Part shown: one piece after another, positions 9,601-19,257 of the stretch | Layout of the letters: every line of letters begins with the position of its first letter | Position numbering within the stretch: the first letter of the stretch is position 1 | The notes under the pieces: generated by a model | The model's database searches: none | Told to the model about the DNA's origin: nothing | What the model saw: only the letters and a program-made list of their open reading frames with translations | Virus record (IMG/VR): IMGVR_UViG_3300024264_000009 | Source of the DNA: an uncultured virus (IMG/VR IMGVR_UViG_3300024264_000009) | Taxonomy: Duplodnaviria; Heunggongvirae; Uroviricota; Caudoviricetes | DNA length: 57,457 bases | Direction: 5' to 3' (one strand) | Position numbers and translations under genes: made by a program

Positions 9601-12600
9601 CGAGATGCTTTACTTTGGTCTACGTATGCAATTTCACTATATGGAAGTGTTATTAAGTCTCCAGTTTTTTGATAGTTTGCTGAAGCAGCAACATTTAAAG
9701 ATATATCAAAGAACTGTTGATAAGACTGAGGTCTTAACATACCCATTTTAGTATCGATAGAACACTTATAGTCGGGGTGATTTACGTCACCAATCTTATG
9801 ACCTCTAAAGTTATCTACTAAGAAACCTGACTTATATCTGTCGAATCCGTCTGCATCTAAAATCTGTTTTGACTGAGTATCTTTCTCAAGTAATGATAGT
9901 GAAGTGATTCTTTCTAAGTTAGTGACCCTGTTGTTAATCTTTCCGATATCTTTCATAGTATATCGTCTATGGTCTTGTGACCTTACTCTGATTTGGTTTA
10001 ACTTATTAGTATAAGGTGGTATTGACAATTCAAACATTTCGATTGCATCGTCAACAGCTTTAGGTTTAGTTGGTGATATTGAAGGATTTCCAGTTGATAC
10101 TTGGAACATTCCTGATTTATGTAAGAATACTTTATCTATTCTACCAACATAGAATGATATATCACCCACAACACTTGAACCTGATACTGGTGTGTCTGTT
10201 GCACTTGCAAAAGTGGTTGCAATACCTGTTCTACTACTTTCAAAAGAACGTCCAGTTGCATAGGCAAAAGGTGCGTATTTTGCACCTACACCTGATACAT
10301 CTGATAAGTCTACAACACTACTTGCATCAGTTGGGTCTTGACTCACATTTGTTGCAAAGGTAGAAGACCCTATTATCTGACCAACTTGTGGTCTGAAATC
10401 AACTGAATCTGATAATTCAAAAGTTCCATCAGGTTCTAATCCACCTAAGTCTATTTTATTTGGTGAATAGACTGGTATATCTTTGTAAGGTATTGAGGAA
10501 TATGATTCCACATCAAAGTAGTCTCCACCACCTGAAGATTGGAAGTAATCAAATATTATTAGGATTTTATTGTTTGGTGCTGGTTCACCTGGCTTTAAAA
10601 CTAATTTTGATAAATCGTAAAAACCATCTCTCTGACCATTGTCAAAGAAGTATCTGTTTGTTATGTTCGGTGAACCTGCTGTGACTGATGCAATTGTTCC
10701 TACTGCACCTGAAGTCTGACCAATAATATTTTCATTATCTGTAAATACATTGTTATTTGTGTAATAAAAATATGATACATTGGTGTCTCCACTAAAGGTG
10801 ACAATGTTTGCACGTGCATCTGAAGTTTGTCCTACAACTTCTTCATTAACAACGAAGGTTCCAGTTGTAGTTGTTGTAATAAATGAAGGTGGTAATGCAT
10901 CACCACTAACTCCTTCATAAATTCCACGAATTTTGTATGCATCAGGAACACCCAATGTAATTTCTTTATGGTCGTATGCAGTTCCATACATATATGAAGA
11001 TGTTTTTGAACCTGTGACCTTCAACATTCTTCCAGCTCTTAATGTCTTATCTCTGTTAACGGGGTCTGTTATTGTAATTGTATAAGATACTCTTACAACT
11101 GCAGTATCGTTATTTGCATTAATACCACTGAATGTTATTTGTTGACCTGAACCTGAAGAAGTCACTGAATTTGAGATTGAATCGGGGTCAATTAAATCTC
11201 CTGCTGATAAACTTCCACCACCAGCAGCTTCAATCACTGCAATTGTAAAGTTATCTTTGTTCACTGGTGCAAAGGTTCCGTTTGAACCTGAATCTACTGA
11301 GAATGAACCACCACTTAACTGAGCTGTGAATTGTCTTCGTATTTGAATTGATTCACCAGTATGTGTCTTAACCCAGTTCCTTGGCCATGCAAATATGTTT
11401 GCAGTTTGGTTTTGGTCATAAAGTGTTGCACGTAATCTAGAAACTCCACCTTGATATGCAGCTGTTGAGGCTCCAACAAGTGTTGCAGATATGTCACTAG
11501 CAACTGAACTAATAACTAAATCTTGACCTGAAGCAGGGTTATGAACAACGTCTCCTTCTTTAAGTTCTGTAGTAAACTTAGTTCCAAAACCAGTCATACC
11601 AGTTGTAGTATCATATATAACAGTTCCAGTTAAATTAAATGCGGAATCTAAAACTGTATGTGCAGTAAACACTTCTCTGTTTGAGTTATTTGAATCTTGA
11701 GAAACACCTCTAACTCTATCAATATTGTATGTTCTAACTGCAGTAATTCCATTGACTATTGTTGTTGCAGTGATACCTTCACTTACAATACCACTGGAAA
11801 CTTGGAATGTTCCTACTACGTCATGTAATAATACTGACTTACTTGGTAAATCAATCTCTGCAATAATACCTGTTGCACCTGTTGTAGTGTCTGTTAACTT
11901 ATCACTAACTGCAACTTGTCCACTGGATAGTGCAGAAAATGTGACCTTAGTAAACATTTTAATATCAAATAGATATAAATTGTAAACACCCGTTGTGTGT
12001 TCGTCAATGTTTCTAATTCTAGAATATCCTATAAGATTTCCAGTTCCTTTTACTCCTGCGACTGCTGGTGCAGTATCCCACAATTCTGTTAATTGATATG
12101 GGTCTAATGTATCTATACCACCCTCATTACCAAACTCGGGTAATGAATGAATATTTGTGACTCTTAATTTGTTCCCCAATCTTATTGGAGTGTTTGCATT
12201 ATCTAATGATATTGCTGTTCTTGCTTTTTTCAGTGGAATTGACGTTGTTCCTATTTTATCAATTTCATATCCTTTGACATATGCTTTACCTGGCGATACT
12301 TGCATAACAAAATTACTCTCAACTCCACCATTTGTAGAAGTGTATACACCACCATTAGTTGAGTCGTCTAAGTGTTCTTTTAAAGTTGGAACGAATTGTC
12401 TTACAACGAAATCACCATTTGCATCGAAAGTTCTTCGTGCCATTGTGTGTTCTATTTCATTGTATATTGGTTTATCTACTTTGAGTTCGATTAAACCTTT
12501 ATTAACTCTAACTAACTCTACGAAATCTGTATCAGTAGTTGTAGTAAGAGTATACTTACTTAAGACTAAATTGAATTTAAGTCTATCAGCACCAGCTGCA

Positions 12601-13358
12601 TTTTCGTTTGTTGTTCCTTGTGAGTTATCTAATAAACTTGAGTCTTCAGAAGAAGATATTAAATTCTCTGTGACTGTTATACCAACTCTGTATGAAGGAG
12701 CACCTGAATATTTTTCTAAAATAAGTTCTTGTGCTGGAACCTTTACAAAGAATCCTCTAATAAAGAGAACACCTTCAGAGATATTTGCAATTGAACCTCT
12801 TCCAGTTGGATTTGAACTAACTGTTAATGCATCTACTGTAAATTCATTATTGTTTGATGCATTGGCTGAAATTGCACCATTTTCGTCTACAGTGACTTCT
12901 TGTAGTTCTTCTCCTGCTGAGAAAGTAAATGAATTACTTGAGTTGGTTCCTTGTGATTGATATCTGACAAACAATGTAAGTTTGTCGTCTGTTGTTTCTG
13001 CAGTTGATGTGACTACTTTACCAACAACACCTGTTGTTTTACCTTGTATTATTTTTCCGTGGAAAGATTTTCTATATGTTTCAACTGAAGTATCACCATT
13101 GATATTTGGATTGGAAGACTTTACTTTAACATAGTAAAGTTCCATATCAATATCAGTTTGAGCACCAGTGACGATTGACCCTTCTTCAAATATATGATTA
13201 CCAAATCTTTGGATTTGATTTTGAAGGATTGATTGTGATTGAGTTAATTCTCTTGCTTGTAGTGGTCTACTTGCACGGAATAAAACTTTTTGAAAGTTTT
13301 TACTCTCACTGTAGTCGTCATAATAGGGTGATATATTTAAATCAGTTTTCTCTGCCAT
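6645..13358 (-). CDS. Large virion structural/baseplate protein (VrlC/DUF4815-like)
   Basis: 2237 aa; N-term LNISPYYDDY...VLFR...LQARELTQSQSILQNQI; RRYTMKDIG; SGFLVDNF; DPLAQSF; follows gp8. Confidence 0.85.
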   Translation of the reverse strand: MAEKTDLNISPYYDDYSESKNFQKVLFRASRPLQARELTQSQSILQNQIQRFGNHIFEEGSIVTGAQTDIDMELYYVKVKSSNPNINGDTSVETYRKSFHGKIIQGKTTGVVGKVVTSTAETTDDKLTLFVRYQSQGTNSSNSFTFSAGEELQEVTVDENGAISANASNNNEFTVDALTVSSNPTGRGSIANISEGVLFIRGFFVKVPAQELILEKYSGAPSYRVGITVTENLISSSEDSSLLDNSQGTTNENAAGADRLKFNLVLSKYTLTTTTDTDFVELVRVNKGLIELKVDKPIYNEIEHTMARRTFDANGDFVVRQFVPTLKEHLDDSTNGGVYTSTNGGVESNFVMQVSPGKAYVKGYEIDKIGTTSIPLKKARTAISLDNANTPIRLGNKLRVTNIHSLPEFGNEGGIDTLDPYQLTELWDTAPAVAGVKGTGNLIGYSRIRNIDEHTTGVYNLYLFDIKMFTKVTFSALSSGQVAVSDKLTDTTTGATGIIAEIDLPSKSVLLHDVVGTFQVSSGIVSEGITATTIVNGITAVRTYNIDRVRGVSQDSNNSNREVFTAHTVLDSAFNLTGTVIYDTTTGMTGFGTKFTTELKEGDVVHNPASGQDLVISSVASDISATLVGASTAAYQGGVSRLRATLYDQNQTANIFAWPRNWVKTHTGESIQIRRQFTAQLSGGSFSVDSGSNGTFAPVNKDNFTIAVIEAAGGGSLSAGDLIDPDSISNSVTSSGSGQQITFSGINANNDTAVVRVSYTITITDPVNRDKTLRAGRMLKVTGSKTSSYMYGTAYDHKEITLGVPDAYKIRGIYEGVSGDALPPSFITTTTTGTFVVNEEVVGQTSDARANIVTFSGDTNVSYFYYTNNNVFTDNENIIGQTSGAVGTIASVTAGSPNITNRYFFDNGQRDGFYDLSKLVLKPGEPAPNNKILIIFDYFQSSGGGDYFDVESYSSIPYKDIPVYSPNKIDLGGLEPDGTFELSDSVDFRPQVGQIIGSSTFATNVSQDPTDASSVVDLSDVSGVGAKYAPFAYATGRSFESSRTGIATTFASATDTPVSGSSVVGDISFYVGRIDKVFLHKSGMFQVSTGNPSISPTKPKAVDDAIEMFELSIPPYTNKLNQIRVRSQDHRRYTMKDIGKINNRVTNLERITSLSLLEKDTQSKQILDADGFDRYKSGFLVDNFRGHKIGDVNHPDYKCSIDTKMGMLRPQSYQQFFDISLNVAASANYQKTGDLITLPYSEIAYVDQSKASRSINVNPYHVFAFVGNVKLTPETDIWQDTEQLPEVRINREGNFDAVLSDNTNALGTVWNSWQTTWAGEPSVVSSEVQATSNGSWSGDPAQGGEWVAGLEITREITETPEIQTRTGVTTSVVEDFVETRNDRIVSVSIVPFMRARTIEIDATNLKPGSNHYFFFDNLDVNKFVRPHSGTYSQDGGTTVSSGCKTDGNGRLRAFFELPNNSIHKFPTGQRELRITSSAYNLSNPASNGSAVYQAQGLLQSSQTEVVSTRNGRVIMERLQGSRSMSRRGENLNSAPFDNTAPALPDAPADIVRVNDPPADQVPAPAPDPTPAVPDPLPPIPVVSPIVFDPPVVSWPDPPRELPIIIDDARDRFVGDRVGRGSRLDRGWGDPLAQSFLCEADGGMFLSSVDTFFETKDASMPVSVEVRTMVNGYPGQTVLPFSTVTHNPSAVNTSSDGSVATTFTFDSPVYVEENVEYALVVYSNSNEYNMFISRMGEKDLASGQTIAGQPYAGSLFLSQNASTWTAEQTDDMKIKIKTCKFDTSKISNLKFENDALPSSKLQTNPIETYSGQNYVKVYNYLHGMYDSVSNKDNVVMSGLTGDKTGSVLTLGSNTVNQTPTDGTYLNKSISSGSLSGVDATLDIVVSSGAVSSVLISNPGGGYLSTETLVISSFDGQGTNISVEVGTVGETIGGIPVGSLNATFTQIANRGIDSYTVIPDISAYDLKSGYTALVDTVGGGSVAVSTRNYYFDAIHTMIPSTAVKNTQILASVLTTPMSSPEGYVNGTSYIRNTTSNFITLNDNAFFGSPSVVASSINETSEMSSSKSFQCQLQLASFNQNISPVIDVGTVGCIGIANRLNDIDSSSDVPTGTTYIDSNEPEGDSNAMVYVTRKVNLKTPATSIKVIADFFRPPTTDLKVMYKIIKNDEDIPLDDIGFEYFNTSGVPDTSVENDGRNFKEYEFTANDLPEFSAFAVKIVGQGTNTSVVPLVTALRCMALA

Positions 13359-13373
13359 TTTAACTCTCTTGTA

Positions 13374-13390
13374 GGGGACTTTGTGTCCCC
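13374..13390 (-). other. GC-rich hairpin GGGGAC-ACAAA-GTCCCC between gp8 and the large structural gene
   Basis: Perfect 6-bp stem; no clear U-tract, so a stabiliser or processing site is as likely as a terminator. Confidence 0.5.
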
Positions 13391-13396
13391 ATTAAA

Positions 13397-14857
13397 TTAC
13401 ATTTCGATTATCAGTTTGATATCTTCGATTTGGTCTGCAGCTCTTGTCACTGCACCCCTGTTTTCAACATACATGATTTGACCTGAATATCTTTCTACTT
13501 CGGGGAATGTTCCGTTTACTGAATTTACATTTCCTACTGAAGAACCACCAACATAAACTGAATCAGAACTAGTGAAGTCTACATAACCACCAGCACTATT
13601 TGCAACTGGGACATGTGAAACAACTAAACCACTGATTGATACAACTCTAGAAACTGCAACACCAGTTCCATCTGCAGTTGCAGATAGTATTAGGTTGTCT
13701 ACTGAAAGACCCGTCACACTTGAAAGTGTCATTTGTGAATATGCAGCTAGTGAAGTTGCAGTTGCAACTGTTGTTGTTCCTACAGTGAATGGGTCTTGTA
13801 TTAATCCAATCCTTCTGAAGTCGTTGTCAATTGGGAAATCTCCAGCACCTTCTGCAAACTCTAATCTTGCATTAACACAAACAAAGTTTCCACCAAGTTC
13901 TTGAACTGGGTCTGCACCATGTCCATAGAATGGTGAAATAATTGGTTTTAAGATTCCACCTGAACCACCACCGATTCCTGAAATACCATCAACATTAATT
14001 GAAGCACGTTTATAACCTGAACCAACTGCTGTGATATCTACGTGAACCACTGCACCTGATGATACGATAACACTACATGTTGCACCTGAACCATCTCCTG
14101 CTAATGGAACACTAGCATATGTTCCGTCTGTATAACCTGAACCACCTGCTGTGATTGATACGTGGTGAATACCTCCGTTTACTGCAGAGTTTTCTACGTC
14201 CCATTGTCCTGTTCCGTCATCTGTTGCAGTTGAACCAATTGCACCACCCGAACCTGTTCCGTCTACTGAGGCAACTGCACCAATTGTTTTAACTGGTATA
14301 AAGTCGTTAGTCACGAATTTAATTGTTTCTGAGGCAGAAATAGTATACATATACTTCCATACATAACCACGACCTGAGGCAGCGTTCGAATCGGCAGTTG
14401 TTATCAAAGTAGTTGCACTTGTTCCTGTTGGTTTTACATCTGATACAACGACTGCACCTGATGAATCTCTTCCAGTTCTAATACACTTATACACATGGTA
14501 TTCATCTGTAATTACAAAGAATCTTGAATCATATAAGTTATTACTTGCAGAAGCTGGTGAAGTATTCGTTGCACTATAATCGTGTGAATACTCATCATAT
14601 GAAGTTCCTGAAGTCCAATCATGTCTTGTTAGACCATGTGATACGTCTGATGTAGAAACCTTTTTCATTGCAATCATGTCTGCATATGAATCTATTTCCT
14701 CACCAACTGCATTCGCAGGTGCTGGTGGGTTGTTCTCATCAGTCCAATCGAATGAACGTCCTATGAATATATAACTTGATGAGGCACTCTCACCAAAGTC
14801 TTCCTTAAATTGTTTCGCATTATGGATTCGAAACTTTTCCGTTATTATTGCTGCCAT
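13397..14857 (-). CDS. gp8: Baseplate wedge subunit gp8
   Basis: MAAIITEKFRIHNA; VYKCI; GYVWKYMYTI; DFRRIGLI.DP; ends IEDIKLIIEM; synteny gp6-gp7-gp8. Confidence 0.9.
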   Translation of the reverse strand: MAAIITEKFRIHNAKQFKEDFGESASSSYIFIGRSFDWTDENNPPAPANAVGEEIDSYADMIAMKKVSTSDVSHGLTRHDWTSGTSYDEYSHDYSATNTSPASASNNLYDSRFFVITDEYHVYKCIRTGRDSSGAVVVSDVKPTGTSATTLITTADSNAASGRGYVWKYMYTISASETIKFVTNDFIPVKTIGAVASVDGTGSGGAIGSTATDDGTGQWDVENSAVNGGIHHVSITAGGSGYTDGTYASVPLAGDGSGATCSVIVSSGAVVHVDITAVGSGYKRASINVDGISGIGGGSGGILKPIISPFYGHGADPVQELGGNFVCVNARLEFAEGAGDFPIDNDFRRIGLIQDPFTVGTTTVATATSLAAYSQMTLSSVTGLSVDNLILSATADGTGVAVSRVVSISGLVVSHVPVANSAGGYVDFTSSDSVYVGGSSVGNVNSVNGTFPEVERYSGQIMYVENRGAVTRAADQIEDIKLIIEM

Positions 14858-14887
14858 TTTTTTAATCTCCTCAGACTATATTAATAC

Positions 14888-14895
14888 TATTTATA
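14888..14895 (-). promoter_or_regulatory. T4-type late promoter TATAAATA
   Basis: Exact consensus upstream of gp8. Confidence 0.8.
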
Positions 14896-14898
14896 ACA

Positions 14899-17800
14899 CT
14901 ATGCAGACTTAATGTAAGAACTAAATGCAATATTAGTCCTTAAATTTGGAACGTCTGAATAATAGTTAACTGTGTGTTTAGGGAAATAGGTGTCAAGGTC
15001 TGAAATACTAATACCCTCGGGTTTAGATTCTTCACTCATTATATTACCTGTTCCATCTTCTAATGTAAAATCATCACCATCTGTTTCTTCTTTTAGATAG
15101 TAAGATATGTTATAAACTTGTTGTCCTGTTATGGTATTTAGACTTCTTAAAGAACTACCTAATGGTGCAGATGATACTAAGGTATGAGCTCTTTCTGTAA
15201 AGAATCTCTCTATATAAGTGTCATCAAAAGTCTCGTCTTCCATAATCACCTTACTATTATCTTCTAGTAAGAATGAATCACCTACGATATCACCTGATTG
15301 CATCTCTGCATCTGTTGGTTCAAGTGCAAAAGTGTAAACGATTTCTTCGTTCTCAATCCTACCACCATCTTCTAATATCAATAGTTCTTCTTGTGAACTT
15401 CCAACTGATATTACTTTACCTTTATCAGAAGGTCTTCTTTCATTACTTCTTACTACGTAATCGTGGTCTGCAGAATCTAATGCAAGAACTGTTTGCATTG
15501 CATCTGAACTGTCTTTAGTAATACTTCCACCCATTCCACTATGGAACTGACAATAGTAATATAAATTTGTTGGTGTAGTTGTAGTAATTCTTATCTCAAC
15601 TATGTTATTACCAATAACTCTGACACCTGTTGTATACTCTGAACCACTGTTATGTGTTCCGTCTGCAGTTGTTGAAAACTTGAATGGGTGTCCAGTAGAG
15701 TGTGTGAAGTGATATATGTGACCATTCTTTAAAGTTAAAGGTGCATTGTTCACCCCGTCTATTTGGTATACGTTTTGAGAACCATTATTGACAACTGACA
15801 CATTTTTTGTTTGTATATCGTTTCGTTGTTCTGTTCTTCTTGTTTGATATGAACTTGCAAGTGCAACCGATTTGATTCTGAAAATATTTAAATGTCTACT
15901 TCTCATTTCCGAATCACCATATTCAGTGTTCGGTGCTGTTATTGCACCACCAGTTCTTGGGTCTGTATCGGGTGAAGGTATTGATTCGGTTTGTAAAACG
16001 ACCAATGGGTCATTCATTTCTGCATCAGTAGTCCAAAGAAGTATCTGTCTCATTGAATTTGCAAAGGCAGTTGGATTGGTTAAGACGGGGTCTCCATTCA
16101 TTACAATTGTAGGTCTAAATTTAATTTGTTCTTCTACAGTTGTATCAACTGTTTGTTTGATTGCAACTTCACCAAAGAATACGTGTCCAGCAGGGTGTAA
16201 TAAATCCTTGACAACTGACCTATATTTGTTTATACTTTCTCCAACCTTAATAACATATGAATGTGTTTGGTAGTATAAACTATCTTGTATATTAGATGCA
16301 CTTGCATCAAGTGTAGATTTATCTCCAAGTAATTGTTCTTGTATTACACCTTCACCTGAAACCAAACCTCTAGCTTGATAAGGATTTGATTTTAAAATCT
16401 TAAATGTATCAACTGAATTGAAGTCTACTGTTTCATTAGATAAGAATAATCCGTCTAAATCTGTATATGTTAAAATGTGTCGGTCTGCATCATACGATAC
16501 AACCTTTGCAGTTGTTCCTGATATTCTTCCCACCAATGCTACATCTTTGTTTAGATTTGCACTAGGTGTAGTAATCAACATAGGGAAGTCTGAAGTTGAA
16601 TTTAAAACAGCATCTTCTGTAAACTTATGTCCTTGTTCTGTAATATTAAGTGAACCAACACCTCCAATGGTATCAGAATATGCAAATATTTTTGCACCTT
16701 CACCACTAGACACTGTTGATTGTGTGTTCAGTTTTACTGTTAAAGAAGTTCCACCAGTGATTTCTTCACCACTTTGGAATGCACCCGTATCACTTGGTAA
16801 TCTTTTTATAACCAGTCTTTTGTTTTCTTCTTCAACTTTTAAAACAGTTCCCGTTGCACTTGAATTTGTTCCAGTGACAACTTCACCTTCTATGAAACCT
16901 GTCGTTTCTTTGAAGTAAAGATAACCACCAGCAAATACTTTAGGAACTTCTGTATAACCAATACCACCTGACTTAACAAAGACACTTCTTACCATAGAGT
17001 TAGTAGTTTCTAATTGGATTGGTTGTTCGTCTTCACTAAGTAATCTCATTTTCTTCGTGTAGATTTCAACCAACTCACCACCACTTAATGGAACTACAAA
17101 TATAACTCTATCGTTCTTGTGTTCGTAATCAGTGACATGTGTTTTGATAATTCCGTCTATGTAAACTTCAACAGATTCGTCATTGAAAATAATTGAATTA
17201 CCATTATTATCCTTTCCTGTGAATAGTGTTTGTCCAGCTGTTGCAGTAATTTCATATTGACCCCAAACAGTTGCACCTTCTAATATGATTTCGTCCCCAA
17301 CGGAACCAATCATAGCTTCTGCACCACTTCCTCTGTTATTGGATTCAAATACTACTAGGTCTCCACCTTTATATCCTGTTCCACCATCTTCAATAAATAT
17401 CTCATCAACTTGTCCTTCTAAAAGACCATTGATAACTGTTTTAGAAATGGTTGCATTAGGATTGAGTTTTCCACCTGAAAATTCTATTGAATCATTTAAA
17501 GAATATAGAGAACCCACATTTGATTGTTCTAATAATATACCACCACCATGACTAGGTTCTATATTTGATTGACTTCCGTCATACACTCCACCAGTTGCGA
17601 TTAGTGATGCACTAGAAAATTCTGCTGGTAGACCTGACTCAAATAATATGTCTCCGTCATCGTCATGTTGAATATAAGTAGAAGAGGAATCATTACCAAT
17701 ATCTGAAACGATACCTTTTAATACCCCTGTTGTTGTTGTGACACCATCTCTGTCTACTAATGTGACCTGTTGGTCTCTTAAGAAAGTTCCTTGATGGTTA

Positions 17801-18714
17801 TCAGTAATCTCTAAAGAGTATTCCCCTGTTTCTGCATTGATTGGGAATACATTTTCTACAATTGACTCTGCTTGTATTCTATTTGTAGCAGTATATTGAG
17901 TTATCTTGTCTGTTGAACTTGGTGCAACTCTCAAGTCACTCATTTCAATATTCACTCTTCTTTTTTGAGAGTAATCTGATTCTGATGTGTAAATTGTTTC
18001 GTTATCGGGATATCTAATTTCTGCATCTTCGTTGTAGAGAATCCTCATTAAGAATTTTAATGATTCTGCAGTTCCCTTTTCTTTGTATAAATCTGATATA
18101 CCTTTTATTGTTAACCTTTTGTTTTGTGTTTGTTTAAGGTCTAACGAAGGTAAGAAATCTGTTTGGAAGTGTTGTAAAAAATCTTCAGACGTTCTGTCTA
18201 TATCTGAGTAGTCTAAAATCTTGTTGTTTGCAATGATAGTATTTTCTTTATAACCACCAACTACACCAGTCTGTTTTGATTCTCTACCTGTAATTGTTTC
18301 CCCTGTTGAGAAACCTCTTCCGTGTATGGTATTGACATATACCTGTAATCCATTCAAGGAAGTTATTTTTGCAACTGATTTTGATTGTGAACCCACAACA
18401 TACTCACCGACCTTCCAAGGGTCTGCAGTTGCAGTTGGGTTTGCACCACTTGATTCATAAATTAATTTTGATGACTCTGCATCAGGAGATGGTTGAACAG
18501 TTTGGGGTTCTGCTAAAATAGACCCCAAACTGTCCTCCATCAAGATTCCGTCTAATTCACTCTCTGAAGAAAGTGTTATAATCTCACTTTCTAGATACTC
18601 GAAGTATGATTTTAAGAATAGTTCAAAAACTGGAGCTTCTTGCTGAATGTAATCAGGCAAAAGACCTACTAGTCTATCACTTAGTTTTTCTATTTTAAAA
18701 TCAGAGTTTGACAT
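14899..18714 (-). CDS. gp7: Baseplate wedge initiator gp7-like, with an inserted cupredoxin-like domain
   Basis: LYKEKGTAESLKFLMRILY; IQDSLYYQTHSYVIK; LLHPAGHVFFG; (I/L)LEDG repeats; lies between gp6 and gp8. Confidence 0.8.
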   Translation of the reverse strand: MSNSDFKIEKLSDRLVGLLPDYIQQEAPVFELFLKSYFEYLESEIITLSSESELDGILMEDSLGSILAEPQTVQPSPDAESSKLIYESSGANPTATADPWKVGEYVVGSQSKSVAKITSLNGLQVYVNTIHGRGFSTGETITGRESKQTGVVGGYKENTIIANNKILDYSDIDRTSEDFLQHFQTDFLPSLDLKQTQNKRLTIKGISDLYKEKGTAESLKFLMRILYNEDAEIRYPDNETIYTSESDYSQKRRVNIEMSDLRVAPSSTDKITQYTATNRIQAESIVENVFPINAETGEYSLEITDNHQGTFLRDQQVTLVDRDGVTTTTGVLKGIVSDIGNDSSSTYIQHDDDGDILFESGLPAEFSSASLIATGGVYDGSQSNIEPSHGGGILLEQSNVGSLYSLNDSIEFSGGKLNPNATISKTVINGLLEGQVDEIFIEDGGTGYKGGDLVVFESNNRGSGAEAMIGSVGDEIILEGATVWGQYEITATAGQTLFTGKDNNGNSIIFNDESVEVYIDGIIKTHVTDYEHKNDRVIFVVPLSGGELVEIYTKKMRLLSEDEQPIQLETTNSMVRSVFVKSGGIGYTEVPKVFAGGYLYFKETTGFIEGEVVTGTNSSATGTVLKVEEENKRLVIKRLPSDTGAFQSGEEITGGTSLTVKLNTQSTVSSGEGAKIFAYSDTIGGVGSLNITEQGHKFTEDAVLNSTSDFPMLITTPSANLNKDVALVGRISGTTAKVVSYDADRHILTYTDLDGLFLSNETVDFNSVDTFKILKSNPYQARGLVSGEGVIQEQLLGDKSTLDASASNIQDSLYYQTHSYVIKVGESINKYRSVVKDLLHPAGHVFFGEVAIKQTVDTTVEEQIKFRPTIVMNGDPVLTNPTAFANSMRQILLWTTDAEMNDPLVVLQTESIPSPDTDPRTGGAITAPNTEYGDSEMRSRHLNIFRIKSVALASSYQTRRTEQRNDIQTKNVSVVNNGSQNVYQIDGVNNAPLTLKNGHIYHFTHSTGHPFKFSTTADGTHNSGSEYTTGVRVIGNNIVEIRITTTTPTNLYYYCQFHSGMGGSITKDSSDAMQTVLALDSADHDYVVRSNERRPSDKGKVISVGSSQEELLILEDGGRIENEEIVYTFALEPTDAEMQSGDIVGDSFLLEDNSKVIMEDETFDDTYIERFFTERAHTLVSSAPLGSSLRSLNTITGQQVYNISYYLKEETDGDDFTLEDGTGNIMSEESKPEGISISDLDTYFPKHTVNYYSDVPNLRTNIAFSSYIKSA

Positions 18715-18718
18715 AGTC

Positions 18719-19183
18719 TTAGCTTAGAGTTGCACCTAGGTTTGAAATTGGGAACCAATTTGAACCATTCCAAATACAAATGACTGCATCACCTTGTCCA
18801 TTAAGAATGATTTGGTCTGTTGTATCAGTTGAATAACCCCAAGATGAAACAGTGACTTCTGCATTTGCAGAAGAACTATCTGTCTTGTATATCACTTTAA
18901 TTTGACCAACGTCTGTTCCGTCATCTAAAGTAAACTCAACTGCTGAAGAACCAGTCAGTGTGATTTCACTTGCAAAAGATGATGCAAGGTTAGACGCAGT
19001 TGCAGTTAAAGTTGTTATATCGTCAACTGCTAAATGAGTTGGGATATTTTCGAATAACTGACCTATGGTCATTTTTTTGTTGACGGGTGTTCCGCCTGGG
19101 TTATCTACTATGTGTAGTAAATCATCAGCACCTATATCTGTATCTGATACTTGTGTTAATGCACTTATCTTCTTATCTGCCAT
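18719..19183 (-). CDS. Small virion structural protein
   Basis: Start MADKKISALT after AGGAGG SD; LDDGTDVGQIK...IWNGSNW fibre-tip-like motif. Confidence 0.65.
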   Translation of the reverse strand: MADKKISALTQVSDTDIGADDLLHIVDNPGGTPVNKKMTIGQLFENIPTHLAVDDITTLTATASNLASSFASEITLTGSSAVEFTLDDGTDVGQIKVIYKTDSSSANAEVTVSSWGYSTDTTDQIILNGQGDAVICIWNGSNWFPISNLGATLS

Positions 19184-19223
19184 TTTAATTTTCCTCCTAT
19201 AATCCAATTAAATGGGAAACTAC

Positions 19224-19238
19224 TCGGGGGACTCCCGA
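19224..19238 (-). other. Hairpin TCGGG-N5-CCCGA downstream of gp6
   Basis: Inverted repeat tcgggggactcccga in the intergenic space. Confidence 0.4.
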
Positions 19239-19257
19239 CCACTTGTTTCATGTGTTA

